Assembly: GCA_973851085.1 (NCBI GenBank)
Contig: OZ316776.1
Location: 6,696,001-6,760,000, forward strand
DNA length: 64,000 nucleotides
Source: Ptychomitrium polyphyllum
Lineage: Eukaryota
Direction of reading: 5' to 3'
Within the stretch, counting starts at the first letter, position 1. Each line of letters opens with the position of its first letter. The position numbers and the translations under genes were made by a program. Shown piece by piece: positions 12,396 through 23,900 of the stretch. The notes beneath the pieces are model-generated. The model did no database searches and was not told the DNA's origin. It saw only the letters and a program-made list of their open reading frames with translations.

Positions 12396-15300
12396 GTTTG
12401 GCAAGTCTACTCTTCATCTTTGTCAGAGCTAAGGTTCTTTTAAGAAGATTGTGGATTATCCATCTTCTTTAGGATTCCATAGCGTCTTAGAAGTTGCGGA
12501 TTACCTTCCTCTAAGCTGGCACCATAGAGTTGGTTTCTCCTTCTAAAAACCAAGTATTATTTCTTTCAAAGGACGTGGATTTTCCTCCTTTGAAGGTACT
12601 CATAATCTTCTTGTCTTTGCCAATCTTAAGAAATGGATAACGTGCCTGGAACATCAGAGAATAGGTTTGCAACTATTGTAGACCTTCAAGAACTATTAAA
12701 TATAGTTCAAACGGAACTTGCCCATTTTAATACCACCAACAATTTGGAACAATACACTCAGCAAGCTGAAGAATCCAATGGTGATATTCAAAGCCTATAT
12801 TAAGAGGTTTTTTGATTGCGAGAGGCCAATATTGGAAGGAAAGGCTTACTTCAGACCCATGCAGAGCCAAAGATTAGCATGCCAGACAAATTTGATGGAT
12901 CAAGATTAAAATTGAGAGGCTTTGTTCAAGAAGTAAGGCTCTTCCTTGATTTGCATCAGTCTTGCTATCTTGATGGCACAACTCAAGTGGGATTTGTGGC
13001 CACTCTTTTATCAGACAATGCACTATCGTGGTTGCACCATTAATGGAGAAGCAGTCATCGTTATTGAACAACTTAGATGCTTTCATAGAAGCATTGACAT
13101 TTAGTTTAGGAGACACCAACCGAGAGAGGGTGGCTGAGACAAGGATCCAAAGTCTCCAACAAAAACTACACTCAGTTGCTATATATGCTGTAGAATTTCA
13201 ATAATTAGCTTGCAACCTTGATTGGAATAATAAAGCCTTGATCACACGATTCCAATGGGGCTTAAGAGAGAATGTAAAGGACTTGCTACTCACAATGCCA
13301 AGAGTTGAAACATTGGACGAATTCATCACTCAAGTAATAGAATGGGACAATAGACTATTCAAGAGGTGCCAAGAACAACAATTGGGATGGCGACCAGTAC
13401 ATCAAAGTATGGCTACGACTTCTTCAAGAGTAATGGAAAATCGACCACAAGGACCAGAACCTATGCAAATTGATGCTGCCCAGTTTAGATGTTTAACTCT
13501 AAAAGAAAAAGAAAAGCGTTGAAGAAAAAACCTATGCTTGTATTGTGGCAAGTCTAGACATAAAATGCGCGATTGCCAAATCAAAGGATCTACCTTTAAG
13601 GCTCAAAGAACAATGGTGAAGTTGGAAAACGAGGTTGTCCAGTCACAGTAGGGACCATGCGACTGGACACCACAAGGAAACCACCGTCAAATCAAAGTCT
13701 CTTACTACCTTCAAGATCTACTTTTTGTTTTACATTTCCTATCAAAATTAAATTGTTAGATGATGAAATGATTAGTGAGGCTCTTTTAGACACTGGTGCA
13801 ACGGCATGTTTCATAGACAAGGATTTTGCAACCAAACATCACATGGTGCTTGTGAACAAAAAATATCCCGCACCTATTGAAGCTATTGATGGACAATCTC
13901 TTGCATCTGGCAACATTAATAAAGAAACTCAATCCCTGGAGGTTGTTTTAGGAGATTAGGCATCTAAGATTGTCTTCAACATCATTCAATGCCGAACAAA
14001 TCCTATTGTTTTGGGCTTTCCTTGGTTTGAATTACATAATTTAGACATTGATTGGCACTCATGGAGTGTGGTCTCAAGGAAAAGACGCCAAGGTACAAGA
14101 AATCTTGGACCATCATTTATTGGAGCTAAGGCATTTATGAGAGCGACAAAGAAATGAATCAATCTATGCCATTTATGCCACGCCAATGTCCAGCTCTATA
14201 GTAGAGACTAATCAAAACATACCTCATCAATATCAAGATTATAAAGACGTTTTTAAAAAGAAGAATGCGGACATATTATCAAAGCACCGGCCTTACGATT
14301 GTACCATTGAATTGCAAGAAGGAGCCCAACTACCTTTTGGACTTATTTATAACATATCACAAATTGAGTTGGCTGCCTTGAGAGAATATATTGATGAAAA
14401 CCTTAGAAAGGGTTTCATTCAACATTCTAAATCATCTTCTGGAGCACCCATTTTATTTGTAAAGAAGAAAGATGGATCATTATGTATGTGCGTGGACTAT
14501 CGAGATGTCAATAAAGTAACAAAAAAGAATCGCTATCTACTACCATTAATCTCAGGATTCCTAAAACAACTTGGCCAAGCAAAGATATTCACCAAAATTA
14601 ATCTTAGAGGAGCCTTCAATCTTGTACGCATCAAGAAAGGAGACAAATGGAAGACAGCTTTTTGATCTAGGTATGGTCATTTTGAATACAATGTCATGCC
14701 TTTTGGCCTTATGAATGCCCCCGCGGTCTTCCAACATATGATGAATGATATCTTCCATGAATATTTGGACAATTTTGTAGTCATCTACTTGGATGACATT
14801 TTGATATATTCAAAGGATGAACAGGACCACGAAAGTCATGTGCAACTAGTTTTAGAAAAACAATGCCAGCGAGGATTTTATGCCAAATTGGAAAAGTGCC
14901 TTTTCCATGAATCCTCGGTTGAATTTTTAGGTACATCATTTCCAAAGGAAGAATCCATATGGATAAGAAAAAAAATAAGCACTGTCATAGAGTGGAGTAT
15001 GCCAAGATCAATTCGAGATATTCAATGCTTCTTGGGATTTGCACACTTCTACAGGATATTTATTTAGGATTATTTCAAAATTGTGGCACTATTAACACGT
15101 CTTATGAAAAGCAAAAATTCATTTGGGATGAAAGGGCGGAAAAAACATTTCAAAGTCTTAAGAAGTCATTCACGTCGGCTCCAATTTTTATTCATCCAAA
15201 TCCATCAAAGCCTTTTTATTTGGAAGCGGATGCCTCAGATTTTGCGCTTGGCTCAGTACTCTCACAATATGATGAAGACGGGAGACTTCCCCTCTTGCCT

Positions 15301-16208
15301 TTTGTTCAAGGAAGTTCTCAGCGGCAAAGATCAACTATGATATACATGATAAAGAACTACTTGCAATTGTGGATGCATTTGAAGAATAGCAACACTTATT
15401 GGAATGAGCTCAACATACTATCACGATATACACAGACCACAAGAATTTGGAGTATTTCATGAGTGCGCGTGTTTTGAATCGCCGTCAAGCAAGGTAGAAT
15501 ATGTCGCTTTTCAGATTTGACTTTGTCATTATCTATCAATCTGGTAGCTTACAAGGTAAACCAGATGTGTTATCTCAAAGATCTTATTTAGCTCCTCAAC
15601 CTAGAGATGATGTTTTGGATCAATAAAGAACTACTTTATTGAAGCCTGAGAATCTTCAATTAAAAGCAGTAATTATTACGACAACATCCCATCTTGAAAA
15701 AATTCAGAAGGCTTTGAAGAATGACGTCTTTGTTTCAAATATAAAGAAGCGCATCAAAGATAATAGAAATCCTTCAAATAGCAATGATGACTTTGAATTC
15801 CAAGAGGGCCTACCTTATTATAAAGGACTTTTGTACCTACTTCCAAGCCTTTTGCGGTTGAAGATCTTTCAAGCACGTCATGCTTTTTTACTGGCAAGAC
15901 ATTTTGGATTCAGTAAAACAATGGAGTTGATTGCTAGAGACTATTGGTGGCAACAAATGTGGAAGAACGTGAAGGATTTTGTTCGATCATGCGACACTTG
16001 TGCAAGAGCCAAGGTACCAAGGAACCAACTTCATGATCTCCTCCATTCGTTTTCAGTGCCAAAGGGCCTATGGTTGTTTTTATCAATGGATTTTATCACG
16101 GGCCTTCCAAACTCCGATTCTAAGGATTCTATTTTGGTAGTAATAGATCAATTTACCAAAATGGCTCATTTCATTCTATGCAATAAGACGGTAACGGGAG
16201 AAGAAACT

Positions 16209-17350
16209 TGTCGCGCACCTCTCTTTTAGGAGTGTCCAAAACTTTAAGGGCACAAGGGGGACCCCAGAGTGACGTCCGGGACTTGTGGCACCAATAGTGA
16301 GGGAAACCAAGTGGCCTAGCGTGGGAAGCCCCCAAAGAGGAGAAACATCTTTACCCATGTAGATCGAAGGCCACGAGGGATAAATCATTGGCATTGGAGG
16401 AATCACAAAGAGTTGATTCTAGAATGCTAAAGATTGCTCAAATTGGACAAGGGAGCTAAAAGTTATGGCATTCCAAAGTTGGAGTTGCCAAGAGGCTGTT
16501 CTGGACTGTGGCAGCCCTATACAGTGACTATATTAGAGTGGAACAGTCTAGGAAGGGACTCCCCGGAAGTCCCGAACCTTGAGAGAGGGGTATCTTCCAC
16601 AAAACTAACTCAAATTGGACGTTTGAGAATTCTATCGGCATTTACGGAAAGAGTAGATGACAATAGAGTGGTTGCTTGATACATTCAAGCACCGGACGTG
16701 GAAGATATGGCTCCGCAAAGGTCCGTAGGGAGTTCCCGAGGCTTCCAGCAGCTAAGTTCCAAAGGAGATCGGGTGGTCTTTCAAAACTTTGGGTGGGTCG
16801 AGGTTCAGCCAGCTACAGAGGGCCAATGGGCTTGCCAAATCCCACAGAGAGTATTATAGGGGAGGGCTGGTCTCCCTTCCTACTCCAATAGTGTCCCGGT
16901 ATGAACCAAGGGTAAGTCCCGGTTGATGGAGCTAGTGCTGGAGCTTCACCACGGGGATTCTCACACTATTGTGGGCCGGTGGACGGCCGATTTTACAAAG
17001 GGAACTAGTGAGATCAAGATGGCACGCTTGTTACCACTAAGTTGGGGTAGTGTCTTCACATTGGTACCATGATGGCTCGGGGTCATCTTATGATCACATA
17101 GAAATCATGAGTGGTGGTGAGGAGATACCGCTAGGTGCGGTTAGGCCGTATGGAATGGGAATAACACCAAGTGAGGCCTTGGACATGAATGGAAGTCCGC
17201 ACCTAACCATTGGCTTCCAATCAATTGGGTGTCCTAAGAGAAATGGTAGAGGGACTTGGAGAGTGAGAATGGGGGTTAACCATGTGCATTTGGGGTGTAC
17301 AGGATAGACGCACGTGACGCTTGCTAAAATGCATTACAAGGGTTGTGACA
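16209..17350. mobile_element. Nested solo LTR of a different family (1142 bp) inside the integrase
   Basis: Begins TGTCGC and ends GTGACA, flanked by a perfect 5-bp TSD AAACT (16204-16208 and 17351-17355). Removing it rejoins the integrase: ...VTGEET|T*VFLNHVYRIHGLPDDIVSDQRPQF. No recognisable coding content inside. Confidence 0.9.
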
Positions 17351-18931
17351 AAACTACTTAGGTGTTCCTAAATCACGTCTACCGCATACATGGACTACCA
17401 GATGATATTGTATCTGATCAAAGGCCGCAATTCATTTCCAACTTTTGGAGGGCTCTATTCCAGCTGTTGCATGTAAAGATCAATCTTTCTTTAGCACACC
17501 ATCCGCAAACTGATGGCCAAACCAAAAGTGTGAATCAAATTTTGGAACGGTTCCTTCTTTGTAGCATAAACTACCAGCAAGACAATTAGATGGATTTCTT
17601 GCCTTTGGCAAAGTTTTCTTACAATAATACGGTGCATTCTTCAAGAACTCAAAGTCCATTATTTGTAACCTATGGCCATCATCCTCGAGCAGATCCATTT
17701 CAAGTGAAGCATGTTGGAAGTTCTGCAGCAGAGGATTTTGTAGTTCAACTTGCTAAAATCTATCAAGAAATTACCTTCCAGTTACAACAAACTCAAGATC
17801 GTTACAAAATTTATGCAGATCGCCATTGAAAGGACCATCCAAAGTTCAAGATTGGAGATAGCGTATGGCTCCTACGACGAAATATACAAACAAAAAGACC
17901 ATCAAAGAAGTTAGACTATCAAAGGCTGGGACCATTTGAAATGAGCAAGCAGATAAATCCGGTTAGTTATCGCCCAAAGTTACCACCAAGCATGCAAATT
18001 CATCCAGTATTCCATGTATCGTTGTTGAAAACCTATAACAAATCATGTATACCAGAAAAAATTGTCCCTCCGCCTCCTCCGTTGGAAATCAATAATTAAA
18101 TCAAATATGAAGTGGAAGAGAACCTAGATTCATGCATCAAGAACGGATGTGTGGAGTATTTTATACATTGGCAAGGATATGGCATCAATGACCGAACATG
18201 GGAACCTTCAACAAATGTAATAAATACATCCGAGAAGGTACGCAAATTTCATCAAAGATATGCTTAGAAATTAAGAGTGATGATGTGTCATCAGTGGCCG
18301 TTAGCTTCACAGAGAAGTTTTTCTTTCATAGACAAATATAAGAAGGGAGGAGATATTCAAACTTCCAATTGTATGCAGCATTATTTCCAAGATAGATCAT
18401 TTTTAGATCCTAGCTAGTATGTCAAATCTTTGTGTTATCATGGATATGCGTAAAGAATAGTCGGCCATGCCTTCATCAACAACAGCATTTGTTGAGCCAA
18501 CTCAACTTTCTCAGCCTTCAATAACGGAGGATCTAAGCCAAGATATGAGAAGGACATTCCAATGTCAAGTACGACCTTATGTAGAAGTATTGACTAGTCG
18601 CCTTTCATATTCAAGTCTTGATTTAGATGCTTAAGCTCTAGTCATTTTATTAAAAATTGGAAGAGCCACTCCTGGAGGACCTGAAATCATGTTTAAAGGA
18701 TGTTTTAAAGGACTTAATTAAGATCAGTTGTTAAGATGGGACATTTCAACAATAAAAGTCTTAATTGGTGGTCATTGGCGCTTCTTGCAAGGACTAGTTG
18801 AACCACTCAACAAATAACAACAAGCAGAGTATGTTGCTTCATTCCTTTGATAAATTTTGGAATTTGTAAAAATGTGACAAGCAAGCCAAGAAAAGAGCTC
18901 CTCATGGGACTTGTCGCTTATGGGGAATTGA

Positions 18932-19501
18932 GGTCACGGACATAGATTATGCAATATAATCCTTAAAACATTCTTGAACCTTCTAATATACTATAATGAT
19001 TACTTAGAATACTTTTAAATGTCTCCATAGCCTTTCTATATTTTTAGGAAGCTTCTTAGGAAAGTTCCTTCACCTTATGAAACTTCCAACAAAGATTCCA
19101 TCACCTTAGAAAACTTTTTAAGAAGGTGCCATCATCTTAGGAAACTTCCTAAGAAAGTTCCGCTACCTTAAGAAATTTTCAAGGAAGGTTCCATTTCCTT
19201 GGAAGCTTCTTAGGAAGGTTCCAACATCTTACGAAATTTGTTGGGAAGGTTCCCTAGACTTCCAAAATATTCTTAAGCCTTATAGGAAGTTTTTTAGAAG
19301 TATCATAGGAGATACAAACGTCATAGTATAAATACGAGGCAAGACAAGGTATTCCTTAGTCTTGCCAATACAAATTGTGGATCATCTTGAATCTTGTCTT
19401 GTTCTAGTCTTTGTATCAAGTTCTTGTTAATCATTAGCTCTTTAGAAGCTAATTCTTGGAAAACACTTTGTTGTTGCTTCTTGTTTCTTGTATTCCTAAC
19501 A
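18932..19501 (+). repeat. 3' LTR (570 bp), about 7 internal ~31-bp units; decayed PPT just upstream (TGGGGAATTGA)
   Basis: Aligns with the 5' LTR. The first T is mutated to G. It is 62 bp shorter because two repeat units are missing. Confidence 0.92.
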
Positions 19502-19517
19502 GTAGGGATCGCATCCT

Positions 19518-20645
19518 AATTAATTTAGTGCCTTCCCCTCCCAATTTCTTCATTACTTTAATATTTTTTCGTCCCAAATACTTTAGTGCCTTTCCATTGC
19601 AATTATTTTAGTGCCTTTCCGTCGCAATTACTTTAGTGCCTTCCCATTCCAATTACTTTAGTGCCTTTCCATTCCAATTACTTAAGTGCCTTCCCATTCC
19701 AATTACTTTACTGCCTTTCTATCGCAATTACTTTAGTGCCTTTCCATGTCAGTTACTTTAGTGCCTTCCCATTCCAATTACTTTGATGCCTTCCCATCCC
19801 AATTACTTTACTGTCTTTCCGTTCCAATTACTTTACTACCTTTCCGTCGCAATTACTTTAGTGCCTTCCCATGTCAGTTACTTTAGTGCCTTCCCATTCC
19901 AATTACTTTGATGCCTTCCCATTCCAATTACTTTACTGCCTTTCTATCACAATTACTTTAGTGCCTTCCCATGTCAGTTACTTTAGTGCCTTCCCATTCC
20001 AATTACTTTGATGCCTTCCCATTCCAATTACTTTACTGCCTTTCTATCACAATTACTTTAGTGCCTTCCCATGTCAGTTACTTTAGTGCCTTCCCATTCC
20101 AATTACTTTGATGCCTTCCCATCCCAATTACTTTACTGCCTTTCCATTCCAATTATTTTACTGCCTTTCCGTCACAATTACTTTAGTGCCTTCCCATGTC
20201 AGTTACTTTAGTGCCTTCCCATTCCAATTACTTTAATGCCTTCCCATCCCAATTACTTTACTATCTTTCCGTTCCAATTACTTTACTGCCTTTCCGTCGC
20301 AATTACTTTAGTGCCTTCCCATGTCAGTTACTTTACTGCCTTTCCGTCGCAATTACTTTAGTGCCTTCCCATTCCAATTACTTTAATGCCTTTCCGTCAC
20401 AATTACTTTAGTGCCTTCCCATCCCAATTACTTTACTGCCTTTCTGTCGCATTTACTTTAGTGCCTTCCCATCCCAATTACTTTGATGCCTTTCCATCTT
20501 AATTACTTTAGTGCCTTTCTATCACAATTACTTTAGTGCCTTTCCGTCGCAATTACTTTAATGCCTTCTCATCTCAATTACTTTAGTGCCTTCCCATCCA
20601 AATTACTTTAGTGCCTTCACGTCCCAATTATTTTAGTGCGTTCCA
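19518..20645 (+). repeat. 25-bp minisatellite (~45 units, consensus AATTACTTTAGTGCCTTCCCATTCC) with 100/125-bp higher-order periodicity
   Basis: AATTA recurs every 25 bp (19626, 19651, 19676...). The variant ATGTCAGTTA occurs at 19746, 19871, 19971, 20071, 20196 and 20321. About 1.5 further units lie at 11725-11763, left of the LTR element. Confidence 0.97.
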
Positions 20646-20937
20646 TCTTCGCACATGGCTTGTCCTTACCTTCGGCTCAAACTTTTTGCTTGTCCTGTCT
20701 GGTCTGCGTTGGCTGTGTGAAGCGGCCGTTATATTATTCGTCTGTTGCTGTGTCTGGTCGCGTACTGGAGCGCAGCTATGGTCGTAAGCTAGTCAGGCTT
20801 GCTGCGCCGTCGACGCTCGTCTAGTCTCGCACTCGCATCGCATCGCATCGCACCGCACCGCACCGCACTGCATCGCCGGCTTCCTCATCGTTCTAGATTG
20901 TCTCCTTGGTGCTGATATTGCAGTCTAGATCTTCCTT

Positions 20938-23900
20938 ATGGCGGAGGGCGTGGACGGGGCCAGTTATGTGAGGAACCTGAGCGAAGAGCACCGTCCTCAA
21001 CAGGACCCAGTTCTTTCTAATACTAGTACTGCCCATATTTCCTCTGTGAACGAGGACGACTACCGCGCGGTGCTGTGGGGGTATCCAGTGCACACTAGAT
21101 CCGCCGCCTGCGTTTGTTTTATCAATGAGTTCTACCACCAGGTGCGTACTTGTCTGTCTAGATCTCTCGTAATGGTTCTTTTTAGAGTAGGGCTATTAGG
21201 ATGACAGTACAATATCAGCTCAGCATCGGTTTTATGTTTTATGATGGTTTTTTATGTTTTGTAATCAGCTTAGGATTACGTATAATTGGCTATGTCTTGT
21301 ACTCAGACTAGACTACAGGCAGTTTTTAGCCAGAGCATTTTAGGTTTTCGTCAGGATTGGAACGTAAGCTTAACTTGCTTAGCTGAGATGAATGTTGCGT
21401 TTCCAAGTGAGTTATGATTCGTCGAAATTTTATTGAACGGAACTTTTGCGTCTCACCGAAACTGCTTGTCCGTTATATTAAAATTCTTGTGATCCGCGCT
21501 CTAACATCACATATCTATCTTAGTTCTCAGCAGGCTTCTCTGCACTGCGTCAGAAAGTTTTCTAGGGCATTTCGGGATTGTAACACCAGGGTCACGGTAT
21601 AACTTCTCTCAGAAAAATTGCGCTTCCACAAAGTTACGCGGTGTCAAATTAAAGATAATCTTGCACTAATTCTTGAGTATATACGTTCAATGTGAACTCC
21701 TTTTATACTGGAATGCGAGCTCAAGATGCGAAGTACCTACCCCAATTTCCTTATTTCTGAGTTTGTGATGGTGGTATGTATCATTTTGCCTTGCAAGTGC
21801 TGACGGTTGTTTTTAGTGATTGATATTCTGGTCTATCTAAATGAAATCCAGAGAGGATGTGATATTACCGGGAAAGCTAGATGCTGGATTGGTCCTCATA
21901 TCGCTCTGTTGGGTGTTTTACAGGTGCTCACGTATGGTGCAGAAAGACAAGTCATTCTGAAGGCAACAGATGCGGATGGTAGTTGTGTCCTGGCATGTGC
22001 GTTGGCAGCTAGTCACCTGCTGACTCAAAATGATAACAAAGAGCTCAGTCCAGATCTGTACTTAGACGCTGCTAAATCTAACTTGGTACTGTCATTTATC
22101 CTCTGTTCCATTTAGTAGGTTTTGTTGATGCGACCACTTAGGACTCCAGGCAAGTAGGTGTATCTGCGATGTGATCAATGGAGTTCAGAAGATCTCTACA
22201 GGTTTATCTGTCTGCCAGAAATGCACAGAAACTGCATGAAATAACATTTTCTTGTGCAGGAGAAGGCCACTAGCTATGAAAGGTTGGTGCTGGCAGTGGT
22301 AACTGCATGGGTACAAGGTCAGATTGGAGAGGTAGTTGATTTGCATTTTCAGGTATGTCTATCGGGTACCTCTTATGTGCTTTTCAAGATTAAGTCAACC
22401 ACCTTGTTTTATGTTGTGGTAGAGATTCATTTCAGAATCATTACGATGCCCTTTCTGTATAACATGGGTAATTTTCAGATGTATGTTTTCTGAATTAGGC
22501 ATCAATTAACCGCTAGATCCGTGGCAGTTTGTTTGTGGTTTTACCAGAAAATTTCACGGATCTCACAATAACAATCTGTTCATTTGAAGTTCACTTTTGT
22601 AAACTAAGCAAATCCTAATTAGAGTACTTTAGATCGTAAGCTTTTTGCTGGAAAATTTACTGACCTCAATACTTACGTTACGTGCTCATGTTCTTGTTCT
22701 CAGCTTCTGGCACAGTTTCCAAAAGATTTGGCTTCTCTTAAAAGAGGTCAAACAATCTGCTTTTACCTGGGACGGCAACATGATATGTTACTGTTGGCTG
22801 AGCAGGTTAGTGATACACATCACTGGGAAATACCCAAAGTTATATAGCTGGAATCTACTAAAAAAGTGGGTCATCAATTGGGCACCTGTACTGGACGGAA
22901 TCCCGTGTTAAAAGTTTGCATTCTTTTCAAGGCATGTAGCACTAATTGCTCTCGTTTCCCGTTTTCCCTTGAGCCCATAGTTTTTGTCGCTACTATTCAG
23001 TGCTTAAGAAATTCATTAAAGTTTGAACCAGAATATGAATTTGATGGAATGGGCTGACGTATTAATAGAAACGTGTACGTGAACAGATACTGCCTGCAAA
23101 CAAAGGAAGTCCGTTTATGTATGGAATGCTGGCATTTGCTCTATTGGAAGACGGAGGGAGAATGAGAGAAGCGGAGGTTGCAGCTAAGAAGGCACTAGAA
23201 ATTGACCCCCTTGATGTGTGGGGTCAACACGCGGTGCGGGCCTGCTGTAACTTATTTGCACATCGTGCGAGCTATGACTTTACTTAATGTTGCTCATCAT
23301 CAATTTTTGGCTATGCCCTTTTGTCAAACATTGCAATTGGAACAGTTGGCTAATATTTGTATGCGTTCGCCTAAATGTTTTGAACTCATGCCCAGTTTTT
23401 GGTTTTTATAGAGCTATAGAACAAACACTAAATGTCGTACAAAGTCTACGAAGTGCTGAGTTCTTTCAAACTTATTTGCTGGTGATGCAGCTGATTCATG
23501 TGCTACAACATGAGTGTCGTTTCAAAGAAGCATTGAAATTTGCAGCTAGTTGCTGTGATACCTGGACCTCTTGCTGTTCATTCATGTAATTTTCCTGTTT
23601 CATATTCTCTTCCATAAAATATTACGAGGACATGAACATAAACAATTCGTAGTTCAGTTCTGTTTTACCTGGAACTTTATGTAAGGTCAAGAGCATGGGA
23701 CCTTCTCTTAGTATGATGCAGAATGATTTAGATCTCCGAGGTTGAACTAGTGATGCAAACCAACAACTCTCTCTGTATTCTTGTTAACAGACCGTGCAAT
23801 GAAAAGATATTTTGAAGTTCTTATACTCGTTTCCTATCCATTTTTCAGGTACACTCACAACTGGTGGCACTTAGCCTTATGCGAATTGGAGCAGGGCGGC

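Larger units (their letters stand above)
11764..19501 (+). mobile_element. Full-length but degenerate Ty3/Gypsy chromovirus LTR retrotransposon (Tcn1/Tf1-sushi-like)
   Basis: Paired LTRs at 11764-12395 and 18932-19501. Gag from ~12633 (PDKFDGSR motif, CCHC knuckle CLYCGKSRHKMRDC), protease ALLDTGA, RT YLDD, RNase H EADASD, integrase HHCC zinc finger plus core, and a C-terminal chromodomain (YEVEE...YFIHWQGYGINDRTWEP, ~18105-18210). Domain order is PR-RT-RH-INT-CHD. Many stops and frameshifts. Confidence 0.96.

Noticed and set aside
16434..17307. Short ORFs inside the nested insert
   Set aside because: No recognisable domains; consistent with non-coding LTR sequence.
19518..20645. Regular short repeats resembling a CRISPR array
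   Set aside because: Units are contiguous 25-mers without unique spacers, there are no cas genes, and the context is eukaryotic: a minisatellite.
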